Shown here: positions 1-11,068 of the stretch, in pieces
Layout of the letters: every line of letters starts with the position of its first letter
Numbering within the stretch: position 1 is the stretch's first letter
From: Octopus vulgaris
Lineage: Eukaryota
Direction: 5' to 3'
DNA: 64,000 nt
NCBI GenBank assembly: GCA_951406725.2
Contig: OX597831.1
Location: 124,001-188,000 of the forward strand
Notes under the pieces: generated by a model
Databases searched by the model: none
What the model saw: only the letters and a program-made list of their open reading frames with translations
What the model was told of the DNA's origin: nothing
Position numbers and translations under genes: made by a program

Positions 1-64
1 ACACATTCATATATACATATATATATATATACACACACACATATATACGTACATATAATCATAG

Positions 65-108
<44 letters not shown>

Positions 109-355
109 ATACAGTTGCCACTGAAAGTTTGAAGCCATTGAGTAGGTTGATTTTTGTTTTATTTTGTCTCATTTTTGGTGAGTTTTTTTGCTTTGTTTCT
201 TTGTTTTTGTTTTTTTTTTTTAATTTTGTATATATTTTGTATATACACTTGTATAATTTTATGGTTTATGAAGCGAATGGACGAACTAAACCCGTGTTAT
301 TTAATTCTGCATTAAATTGCCTACTAAAAAAAACATTGCTTTCAGTAACATGTTG

Positions 356-422
<67 letters not shown>

Positions 423-819
423 CCTCTTTTTCTTTCTACTTATTTCTCTCTCTTTCTCTCTTTCTCTTTCCATATCTCCACGTCTATCTCTCTAGCTATC
501 TATCTATCTCTATATCTATCCATCAATCTACCTGTCTATTTCTCTTATATCAATGAGTTTTAATTTTCTATTTGAACGTAGACTTCAAGACGCCATATAT
601 ATCTATATCTATATATACATACACTTTGAAAGTATCATCACCATCATAATCATCGTCGTCATTATCATCATCATCATCATCATCATCATCATCGTCGTCA
701 TCTTGATCATTATCATCGTTATTCTTCACACAAACAACTGTTTGCTATTGAGTAAAATATACACAAAAGTTTATATCCAATGTCTTTCTTGTACCGTTCT
801 TCTCTTTCAATAACTTTAT

Positions 820-1510
820 GATACTTGTGAGACACGAACGCAGCCAGACGCTGGTTATGAGAAAGAGGAATTCTTTCTTTGAACAAATTACACAGACATT
901 TGGACCTTCGGCCGTTCATGAGTCCTGATGCCATGATGATTCCATAGATACGCGTCTCTATAAGCACATGCACAAATATGCAGGGTGAAAGGTAATGTAC
1001 AGTAAAAAATATATAAAAATATATAAAGCAATAAAATATATAAAAATATATATAAAAATATGTACAAATATAAAAATATATATGTAAGAAATGAAATGGT
1101 TGTACGTGGACACAATCTAAAAAGCAGGTTCTGTCTGTGATCTCGAGGGGACCAAAAACGTAACAAATATTTAGCCATGTGTGGACATGAACCAAAAAGT
1201 TCAGTTCTTGAATTTAGGCATGTAGCAAGGTCTTAGCTGCTTTTCTAGATGAGCCATCTTTCCATATCACCAAGACCGCACTCTGCACTGCCGTTGGTGT
1301 AAGGCTTACACTTGGCTAAGATCTTCCAATGGATGTTATAGTTGACACCTTTTTCTTTTAAGGACCATATATAACTGGATAATTTGGTTGTTTTTCTTTT
1401 TTCCCAGTGTCTGAAGCTCAAGGTGTGATTGTTGAATCTGGCGTTGAAATTTCCCTCTGTGAGACCCACGCATTTCTTTGACGAAACTATGTCCTTATTG
1501 GTTGTCATCG
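820..1510 (-). mobile_element. Penelope-like retroelement 3' remnant (GIY-YIG endonuclease C-terminus plus downstream pLTR-like sequence)
   Basis: ORF 1245-1508 (CVGLTEGNFNARFNNHTLSFRH..TTKLSSYIWSLKE..YNIHWKILAKCKPY) continues past stops as ..CLNSRTELFGSCPHMAKYLL. This matches the GIY-YIG C-terminal pattern of Penelope-like elements. Decayed; the left boundary is approximate. Confidence 0.8.
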
Positions 1511-1671
1511 ATGGTCGGAGACCGTTCTACATGTGCACAATCTCGTCATGGAGTTTTCATTCGTGAGAATGAACGCGAGAATGTCGTATTTACAAAAAAA
1601 AAAGAAAACAGAATATCGAAAGTCTGAAATACAGAAAACTCGTGATACCAAATTCCATAATATTCGTTTCA

Positions 1672-1850
1672 AATTTTGGCTCAAGGCCTGCAATTTCGGT
1701 GGAATGGTGTAAGTCGATTACGTCGACCCCCAGTGTTCAACTGGTACTTGTTTTATTGACCCCCGAAAGGATGAAAGGCAAAATCGACCTCGGCAGAATT
1801 TGAACTTAGAAAGTAGAGGCAGGCGAAATATCACTAAGCATTTTGTCCGG
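1672..1850 (-). mobile_element. tRNA-derived SINE family B (Nin-like core), diverged and partial
   Basis: Reverse complement of the core ttcatcctttcggggtcgataaattaagtaccag and of the B-box gagttcaaattc, shared with many copies in the window. Confidence 0.8.
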
Positions 1851-1892
1851 AGTGCACATGCATATATATATAATTATATAACAACCAACATA

Positions 1893-3285
1893 CGAAACTC
1901 TCGGACCTTGAGTCACTCTGTCGTTTCTGCTAAATATTGATAAAAATATACTCAGACCAACCAGGGGAAACAACATCTTGTACCTCTGCTTCACAAATAA
2001 TATGAACCTTATCCATAATGTGAAGGCGACAGCAACAGCACTCTCAGATCACAACATTGTTGAACTATGTATGGTCTTAAGCGAACTGCTGGTATCTACC
2101 CTATCAGGAGGACTCAAGCCTTATCCAACCTGGATTTCAATAAAGCAAAATGGGAATCTATCCGCAAAGAGATCCACAAACGAAACTAGCCTCACGTTCT
2201 ATGTATGCAAGACATTGGCTTGGAACTCAACCCGTTTAAGAAAGAAAGGCCATCATTCGGACAAAGAAGATTCCCAGGGACAGAAAAATTCTTATGAAAC
2301 GCAGGTCAAAGGTCTCAAAGCGGCTGAATAGACAACTGAAGGTTAGGGAGAAGTCTACCTTAATACGGGCAACTCCTAGACATCAAGAACAAAGATCAAA
2401 CACTCTCACGAAAGGGAAAAAGCAGCGAGAGAGAGAACAGAGCTGTGGAGAGCATCAAAACAAATCCAAAGCTTTCTATGAATTCGCAAAACGAAACAGC
2501 CACATACAATATAAAATAGGACCATTGTTCCAAGGGAATGACTCACTGACCGCGGACCCAGAAAGGATAAGTGAGGTATTCAGTAAACAATTTAAAAGTG
2601 TCTTCCCTTCCTCGCTTGGTCACATACAGATTAAAAAAAAACCCGGCTGAATTCTTTAATATTGCGGCTCTAAAAAGGAGGCACCAACCATCGATTACAT
2701 CAACATCGAGGAGACAGATGTAACAGAGGCCATAGATGAAATGAGCTCAAGCTCAACTGGTCCTGATGGTCAACTGGTCCTCAAGCTCAACTAGTTCTGA
2801 TGGCTTCCCGGCTATTCTCCTGAAGTCATACAAGCAGGCTTTAGCGAAACCACTTCAGATACCTTTCCAAAGTTTCCTTGCAAGTGGTAAACTTCCTAAA
2901 AAGTTAAAAGAAGGCATTATATGTCCTATCCACAAAGGTGGAAGCAGAGCAGAGGCTAAAAACTACAGGCCAATTTCTCTGACTTCACATATCAGTAAAG
3001 TCATGAAGCGAATCATCAGAAAGAAATTGATAGTGTTCCTAGAAGAAATGACCTACTGAACTAGACATCCTCCTCTCCACAATACCGGATGAACCAACGG
3101 CCCGATATGAGGTACAGACGAGGGCAGCGGAACCAAACTCCTTTGTACACCAAATGGGCCGACAGCTGGGACAAAGGCACATACAGGAGTGGTGATATGA
3201 AACATCCCAGACTGAGGAAGTCAGAAAGTCTGTGGTGGTGCCTCCAGCATAACCGTAGCTGTATGGCTGAAACAAGTAAAAGAGT
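1893..3285 (+). mobile_element. CR1/L2-group LINE ORF2 remnant, internally deleted, with intact 3' tail
   Basis: APE end (NILYLCFTNN..SDHNIVEL), linker (KAFYEFAK..IGPL), RT start (GFPAILLK..IICPIHKGGSRAEAKNYRPISLTSHISKVM), then a jump at ~3050 to the C-terminus (ELDILLSTIPDEPT..). Ends ..ggctgaaacaagtaaaagagta. Confidence 0.85.
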
Positions 3286-3334
3286 ATATATATATGTATG
3301 TATATATGTATGTGCGTTTATATATAGATATACA

Positions 3335-3866
3335 TGGTGGCTGCCCCCTCGTTATCGAGTATGGCCATTGCACGAAGCTTAATCAATGTTGTTATTGTGC
3401 AATGCCTGTGCAAGAAGATTTTTTAAGTGAGGAAAGGCTGTGCACTGAGTCAATCCCACTCACTAAGCAACAGCAGCTATAATCCGAAAAGAAGAACAAG
3501 TCAACATCATCGGTAACCACTGAGCCGCAGGTTTTATGTCGGAGTTATCCCAGTTACCTGAGTTACCTTCTCCTAAAAGGATACCCTAACAAAGGCTAGG
3601 AGTCCTTCACTCCCAATGGTTTAACCGCGCGATCGGGTATTCAGTCCGATTATTTCTATGTCCCCGCGCATGATACAGCCTTAAGACATCTATTGGAGTT
3701 CCTCCGCCCTTTGACGGATTTTGTTTTTCATCCCGCAGGGTGTCCAATAAGCACCCTCCTCACCAAGCAAGCTTGGTGGGGTTGCCGGTTTAGTCGCCGA
3801 CGACCCGACCATGCAACAGGTTTTACTGGGTTACATGTTACCAGTAGCACTCGAAAGTGACCTGAC
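3335..3866 (-). mobile_element. Non-autonomous RTE-derived element (5'UTR-like plus 3' end)
   Basis: Minus strand contains an RTE 5'UTR-like motif (..ttttaggagaaggtaactc) and an RTE-like 3' end (gccatactcgataacgagggggcagcc) running into microsatellite. No ORF. Confidence 0.6.
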
Positions 3867-3876
3867 ATAATAGACA

Positions 3877-3906
<30 letters not shown>

Positions 3907-3907
<1 letters not shown>

Positions 3908-4844
3908 GTAGTGACTTCATTTAGGCATAGAGTAGATTCGAACCTGAATCGGCAAATTTCCAATAATACTTCAACAGCACGGAAAAAACAATAGTCACAG
4001 CAGTTACATTTAACACATGGCTTTGCAAAGCCGATTTATGTCTTTGCCACTTGACCCTTCTAACCTCTTCTATCTCACCGAGAATGGAATTGAGATAACA
4101 GTGGACCCCCAAAGAATATCTTTTGTTCTCTGCAATATACCTATTTTTCTAACTAGTTTTGCATGGTTATAAATACTAGAATTTGGTAAGACAAAGTCAG
4201 TTGGTGAACGGAGACAACTAGAGATAGCCACAGTCAGACAGCCACTAGAGACAAAAGACCACAAGGAGAAAGACAACAATCAGCCATTATGAGACATACA
4301 ACTTCCCACCACCCTCACTTCCACTAGCTCACTTTCTTTTCTCTACAACAGTGCTTTTCCAACTTTTTGCTGGAGCGGAACCCCAAGGAAACATTCCACT
4401 TGCTCGAGGAACCCCTGAGCAATAATTTAATAGTCTTATGCACACATATCTGCACAGGAGAATTAAAAATTACTGCCGATTTTAGCAGTTTTGTAACTTC
4501 TTGCGGAACCCCTGGACTGTACTGGCGGAACCCTAAGGTTCCGCGGAACCCTGGTTGAAAACCACTGCTCTACAACATTACTTTATATCTATCTGTGGTT
4601 TTCCTACCATGCAATGACGAGAACACAAACACAAACTATACAAGGAAGATCCACGATATCTCTCTTTACCTAGCATGCTTTACGAATTTATCACACCAGC
4701 CCGTCGTGTTTGGCTATAACAATATGTTACGGTAAATAAATGTTTGTTTACAACTTCGATCTCTGTTCTTCTTTCATCTTGAATATCTGCAACATCAACA
4801 CCTGTTACAGTCAGTAACTGCCGACACCAACAATTATCATTACA
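3907..4844 (+). mobile_element. Solo LTR (Gypsy-like)
   Basis: Termini tgtagtg...cattaca, 4-bp TSD cata (3903-3906 and 4845-4848), internal AATAAA near 4735. Confidence 0.8.
4349..4567. mobile_element. hAT-type MITE nested in the solo LTR
   Basis: TIRs cagtgcttttccaac / gttgaaaaccactg; perfect 8-bp TSD ctctacaa (4341-4348, 4568-4575). Confidence 0.9.
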
Positions 4845-4925
4845 CATACTGTTACAAATGATGACCAACCCCTCTGCAAAGGAATTTTATTTAATTCTTT
4901 CGCAGGAAGGGCTAGTTCGACGAGT

Positions 4926-4999
4926 CGTGTTCTGTCCTCACCTTCGAAACACGCATTTCGAGTCGTACTAGGGACAGCTGATGAAGGGGAATTTTCCTT
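4926..4999 (+). ncRNA. Candidate non-circularly permuted hammerhead ribozyme (copy X)
   Basis: cgtGTT (4926-4931), stem I strand ctgtcct (4932-38), cGAAAcacg (4945-53), stem I partner gggacag (4971-77), CTGATGA (4978-84), then a hairpin. Folded by eye. Confidence 0.6.
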
Positions 5000-5209
5000 G
5001 TGTTGTTTGTCTTGTACTCTGTTTTTTCGTTGTTAAAAAAAGGTCCGTTTCCATGTTTGTTTTTACGTTTTCGTTTCTCGTTGAGTTCTACGTCTATTTG
5101 TGGTGTCCTGTACTCACGTATATATATTTATATATGCATGTATATATACATGTAGATGTAGGTACGTACATATATGTATGTATGTATGCATATATTTTAT
5201 TTATTACAC

Positions 5210-5283
<74 letters not shown>

Positions 5284-5352
5284 GTGGTAAGGCAACAAAA
5301 CAATGAAAGAGACCTCGATATTATGTAAATAGAGTAATTTATCTGTAAATGT

Positions 5353-5497
5353 AATATGCGACAATTATTCGGTAGCCATGATAAAACTCCGAGTTTCAGA
5401 TGCCGGCCGGATAACTGAAGAGATGGCGGTGTGGATTTCCACCCCGGCACCCGAAACTCGGAGTTTTATCATGGCTACCGAATAATTGTCACATATT
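5353..5497. repeat. Inverted repeat (perfect 38-bp core arms 5360-5397 / 5453-5490)
   Basis: gacaattattcggtagccatgataaaactccgagtttc and its exact reverse complement; flanked by (AT)/(GT)/(CA) microsatellites. Confidence 0.95.
5410..5470 (+). ncRNA. Type I hammerhead ribozyme inside a fold-back repeat
   Basis: gataa-CTGAAGA (5415-21)-imperfect stem II capped by gtgg-attt-ccac-cGAAAc (5452-57)-tcgga-GTT (5463-65)-ttatc. Stem I is gataa/ttatc. Confidence 0.65.
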
Positions 5498-5503
5498 AAA
5501 TTT

Positions 5504-5542
<39 letters not shown>

Positions 5543-5607
5543 TATATATACTTGTATATGTTAACATCGTATAGATTGTAAATATTATTAATGATTATAT
5601 ATGAATA

Positions 5608-6065
5608 CGTACATACATACATACATACATACATACATACATACATACATGCATACATACATGAATGCATACATACATACATACATACATACATACATAC
5701 ATACATACATACATACATACATACATACATGCATGAATGCATACATACATACATACATACATACATACATACATACATACATACATACATGAATGCATAC
5801 ATACATACATACATACATACATACATACATACATACATGCATGAATGCATACATACATACATACAAATACATACATACATACATACAAATACATACATAC
5901 ATACATACATACATACATACATACATACATACATACATACATACATACATACATACATACATACATACATACATACATGAATGCATACATACATACATAC
6001 ATACATACATACATACATACATACATACATACATACATACATACATACATACATACATACATACA
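5608..6065. repeat. (ATAC)n microsatellite with recurring atgaatgc variants
   Basis: Direct reading. Further long (ATAC)/(GTAT)/(AT)/(GT)/(GATA) arrays at 6600-6850, 13290-13460, 15820-16260, 16700-16840, 17470-17905, 30520-30695 and 32520-32900. Confidence 0.95.
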
Positions 6066-6596
6066 CACACTGAAATACATGTATACATCACCATCGTTTA
6101 GTTTGTTATTATTGTGTAATGAGCAGACCTAACCAACAAGAAAACATTCAAACACATACAGTGAAATACTGTATCAATAAACAAGTTGTTAATGTAACAC
6201 GGAAACATTGATTACTTGAAAATATATGTTGTTATCACAAAATAATCTTTCGAAAAATAAATGTAAAAATTAATATAATGGCATATGAGCATTATTAATG
6301 AAAACAGCGACTGTTTCGTGATTTATTTTATATATAAAATAACTGGCATTTCGTCGGTTACGACGTCGAGTGTTCCAGTTCGTGAAATTAAAATGCAAGT
6401 GGCTGAGCACTCTAGAAACACGTGTACCTTTAATGACACCTCGCGCCGCCACGAATCGAACTCGCGACCTAACGACCGTGAGCGGAATAACCTAACCACC
6501 AAGCCACGTGCCTCTGTCTCTCTCTCTCTCTTCCCCTCTCTCGCTCACTCTTTCTTTCTCTCTCTCACTCACTCTTTCTTTCTCTCTCTCCCTCTC

Positions 6597-6647
<51 letters not shown>

Positions 6648-6755
6648 TATGTATGCATGTATTCATGTATGTATGTATAGATGTATGTATGTATGTATGT
6701 ATGTATGTAGGTATGTATGTATGTATGTATGTATGTATGTATAGATGTATGTATG

Positions 6756-6789
<34 letters not shown>

Positions 6790-7557
6790 TGTATGTATGT
6801 ATGTATGTATGTATGTATGTATGTATGTATGTATGTATGTATGTATGTATAAGGGGTGGAATATCAAGGCTACCACTGGTTTCATTTTAAGAAGATATCT
6901 CAAGAAAATATCTCGCGTAGAAAAATTGGTGTTCGTCTCAATTTTGGATTAACACACGAAAAATTACGGAAAATCACAATAAAAGCTTTTATATCCTGCC
7001 ACAGGTTGGTATAGATAAAGTAAGGTAGCAGAGGTTTAATCAATGTGTTCACACGACGTACTTCGCAAGACTACAAAGCACTCTCTCCGACTGCTACCGA
7101 TCACTACTCTTTATAAAATTTCGGGTTGTCCATTCTTCCAATCCCCCAGGGGTGTCAATGACTCTCACAACATCTCTCCCTCTGAAATTGACTTCTGTTG
7201 GAAGTTAATATTATTATTACCTCTGCCTTAGCGAAGAGGGGGGGTATTGTTTTCAGTCGCGTTTGTTTGTTTGTTTGTTTGTTTGTCCCAGGACAAGATA
7301 TCTCAAGAACCGCTAAATGGATTCGGATGAAACTTTCAGGGATGCCTTGTGACTAGCACGAACTGATTAAATTTTGGGATCGACCGGACACCGGAAAAGG
7401 ATTCTGGATTATTTTTCTGAGTTTTTTTTTTACTTAATTTTAGAGAACGGTCGTGTTCATTTGTAGTAATCTCCTTTGTGAAAGCAGTCGAGTTCATTTC
7501 AGATATTAGCATTTTAAAAATCATTTCTGGCTAATCATTGAGAGAACGTTGGTGTTG

Positions 7558-10038
7558 TAGTGGAGTCATGTGATTCCCTGTTGCATTTGATGTGTGTTCA
7601 CTTCATGTAAGTCTTGTTATTGTTTAAATTGTTGAAGGTCTACCGCAGCTAATTGTTGCATTACTGAATTGTTAAATTCATTGTTACCTGTAAATTTTTA
7701 TTTTCTTCCCCATTTATGGGTGAAGTTGTGAATAACAACATTATGGAAAGTCAACCAATTCCAGCCGGCAGTTATGCTGCAGTAACTGGGAATAGTCTAA
7801 TGGCAGATATCCTGCAAGTAAGAGAAATTCGACTGAACGACACAAATTTTAAGAAATATAATGAATTGTTACGAAAGGAGGGAGGCAGCATGATGCTAAC
7901 GCCGCCCAAGGAAATGATGGGAAAAAAACAGAAAAAAAGACAGTAATATACAGAACACTGTCTACCGCTACAAAAAGAGTTGAAATAGCTGCAGCAGAGG
8001 CAATCGAAGAATGCTTGAAAGAAATCAAAAGCCTAACTACGTATTACACCAGAGGAAAGAAATATGGCACAGTGGAGGTACGCTTCGCGAGTGAACAAGA
8101 AGTGATAAAACACTCCACTGTGCCTTTGAGATCAATTGAGTGGGTACTACTACCAACCTACTGTGGCAAACGTGCGGCCAGAGTTAGGATTGGTAGAGTA
8201 TCCCCAGAAATTGACGAGGCGTGGCTGGTGGTAGCCATCTTCTATAATACAGAAGAGGAAACTAAAATACTTAAAATCACAAGAACTACAGAGGTCAAAT
8301 GGTGTGGATACGGCCTTGAGATGACGGCCCACATCAGTTTACCAAACCCCCACAAAATTGCAGAAGAATTAGTGTTACCGGACGAGATGAAGCTAAGACC
8401 TTCCATATGGTTTTAGTGTAGAATACGGAGACACATGAAAGCTAAGTTCCCCAGAAACACGAAGAGGGGGTGACGGAGATGGAACAGCAAGGAGAGGTAG
8501 AGATGCAAGGCACAGAGGAGCATAGACTAGTGAAAAATATGGAAGAAAGATACACAGTGATGAAGAGGATGAAAAGACAAGAAAATGTGGATTCGCCACC
8601 AAAGAGTCCCATGAAGAAAAGAAAAGGAAGAGTAGAGGAAAGACAAGGGTTACCAAAAGGAGGAAAAGCGAACGAACAGAAAAGAAACGAGATGTCGGCA
8701 AAATTAAACGAGAAAGACGAAGAGAGAAAACAGAGAGTGATACCAGCAACTATCACGGAGGAGAAAGTAAAAGGAGAGGGGGAAAAGGAAGATAGAAGAG
8801 AACTGACAACAACATCGAGAGAGAGACAAACAGAGAAGGAAGTAATGGAAACGCCAGCAACAGCAGCCGTCCAAGAATTTGGACCTGGAGATTTCCATTT
8901 CCAGCTACTTCGAGGGCTACCTCCCAGTGCTGTCGGGCGTCAACGAAGAACCCTCGACAACAACAAGACGACCAAAGTTTTTTTTTTTTTCAAGGTCTGG
9001 GGTCTCCCGCCCCTAAGTCCTAGACCATCACCTAATCACCCTTATCCGTCTTATTGCTTAACAACAATAACAACAACAACAACAACCAGCAACAGCAGAA
9101 GGGATTGGTGATGGAAATCAAAAAGTAACACTGACGGGAAAACATTTAAGAACTGATACAGTACAGAAAAATGTGGAAATTGGAAAAAATGATCACGAAA
9201 ATGAAAAATGTAATTAGGGTGAAGTTAGTTCCCAGGGAGTGCAATGAAGGATTTAATGCAGTCTTGCTTGTAAAAGAGAAGTGTGAAAAGTCGAAGGAAC
9301 TATTCGGGGAAATGATAGAGATATTACCGTTACAGTTTCGATTCAATGAGTTGCCACCGGTGGTGGTATTTGATAACATAGTGGAATATCTAATATAAAG
9401 GAAAGTGAAATATTTAAAATTTTTAAATCAGGCCTTTTTTTTAAATGATGGGAGAATAAAAAGAATAATGAACTGTGTGATACATAAACAGTAAAATAGA
9501 ACTGCCTGCTTGTGGGGGACAGGTAAGTCATTTCATCTCATTTATCAGTTATTCATAATTTCATCCGTTATGTTTTGTGTATCCCACTGTATTGCTTCGT
9601 CTGTCTTTGTATTGTCCTATCTTTATAGGAAAGGAGGAAGCACTCCGTCGGTTACGACGACGAGGGTTCCGGTTGATCCGATCAACGGAACAGCCTGCTC
9701 GTGAAATTAACGTGTAAGTGGCTGAGCACTCCACAGACACGTGTACCCTTAACGTGACACAGAGAGTGACAAGGCCGGCCCTTTGAAATACAGGTACAAC
9801 AGAAACAGGAAGTAAGAGTGAGAGAAAGTTATGGTGAAAGAGTACAGCAGGGATCACCACCATCCCCTGCCGGAGCCTCGTGGAGCTTTTAGGTGTTTTC
9901 GCTCAATAAACACTCACAACACCCGGTCTGGGAATCGAAACCGCGATCCTACGACCGCGAATCCGCTGCCCTAACCACTGGGCCATTGCGCCTCCACTAT
10001 CTTTATAAGAGGCCTTGTGACTAATAAAAGAAATCAGG
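7558..10038 (+). mobile_element. ORF1-only (HAL1-like) non-LTR element
   Basis: 12-bp TSD acgttggtgttg (7546-57, 10039-50). Disrupted ORF1 from ATG 7716 (SYAAVT.., RRM-like RGKKYGTVEVRF..RVRIGRV) with a decayed CCHC knuckle at ~8408-8452 (WF*CRIRRHMKAKFP). No endonuclease or RT. 3' end ggccttgtgactaataaaagaaat. Confidence 0.7.
9636..9996 (-). mobile_element. tRNA-derived SINE family C
   Basis: Minus-strand head gtggaggcgcaatggcccagtggttagg..gtttcgattccc (A/B boxes); tail cgtcgtcgtaaccgacggagtgc; TSD ctatctttata. Confidence 0.9.
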
Positions 10039-10610
10039 ACGTTGGTGTTGCCTTGGCGGAGATTTGCCCTCTCTGAGTTCTCTCGTTTTTACTTATCTTT
10101 ACGTCGTCACTTTTATATCCTGACGACTCGTTGTCAGATGTTGCAACGTAATTGTTACCCGACTCTTGAGTAGCATTGTTAGTTTTTTTGCACATAGCAC
10201 TCGTATTTCTCGTTGTACTAAGTACTCTTGTGATTAGTACAACGGACTTTAGTGCAATTTTTTAACCCCAAGAAGACATCACCCTTAGCTGGTTAACACT
10301 TCACAGCTGCATCCGATGTATTGTGAGCAGGGGAATCGAACCCTTACCACATTCTAGCGATGGAACCAATACACAGTAATTCGAACAACTTCCATTACAG
10401 CAGCTTACGGGTTCGGTGCGAGTTCAGCGCGGAACTAACGCACCGACTCTTACCGACTTCTAGCAAAACTCTTCGACTTCTGCTGACTTGCCGCCTTTTC
10501 ACAGGACATTATAGGTATTTTACTGGTGGTAATTTGGCTGCCGAGCGTGCAACTTCTACCAGCTTTCACCAACTTCTCGATGTCCTGGTGCATGCAACAG
10601 GTATTATATA

Positions 10611-10787
10611 GGCGCTGGAGTGGCTGCGTGGTAAGTAGATTGCTTACCAATCACATGGTTCCGGGTTCAGTCCCACTGCGTGGCACCTTGGGCAAGTGTC
10701 TTCTACTATAGCCTCGGGCTGACCAAAGTTTTCTGAGTGGATTTGGTAGACGGAAACTGAAAGAAGCTCGTCGTATATATGTATATG

Positions 10788-10864
<77 letters not shown>

Positions 10865-11068
10865 CTGTGTTTTTCCCCCCAACATCGCTTGACAACCGAT
10901 GCTGGTGTGTTTAGGTCCCCGTAACTTAGCGGTTCGGCAAAAGCGACCGATAGAATAAGTGCTAGGATTACAAAGAATAAGTCCTGGGGTCGATTTGATT
11001 CGACTAAAGGCGTTGCTCCAGCATGGCCGCAGTCAAATGACTGAAACGAGTAAAAGAGTAAAAGAGTA
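10611..11068 (+). mobile_element. tRNA-derived SINE family A, full length
   Basis: A box tggctgcgtggtaa, B box gggttcagtccc, internal (GT)n, tail gcagtcaaatgactgaaac(gagtaaaa)n; 18-bp TSD ctggtgcatgcaacaggt (10585-602, 11069-86). Confidence 0.95.

Larger units (their letters stand above)
7212..10085 (+). mobile_element. Helentron/DINE-1-like non-autonomous element split by a 2.5-kb insertion
   Basis: 5' tacctctgccttagcg + (GTTT)n + 'gatatctcaagaaccgctaaatggattcggatgaaactt'; 3' complementary ccttggcggaga at 10051. Interrupted at 7558-10038. Confidence 0.6.

Noticed and set aside
5094-6952. Long ORFs such as (MYVC)n, (HTYI)n and (YI)n, here and at 13-17 kb, 30 kb and 32 kb
   Set aside because: Translations of stop-free microsatellites; no coding signal.
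8470-9111. 213-aa charged ORF as a host gene
   Set aside because: It is the low-complexity continuation of the disrupted ORF1 within the TSD-bounded element.
10611-10690. tRNA genes at SINE heads
   Set aside because: A/B boxes are present but there is no full cloverleaf, and each continues into a multi-copy SINE body.
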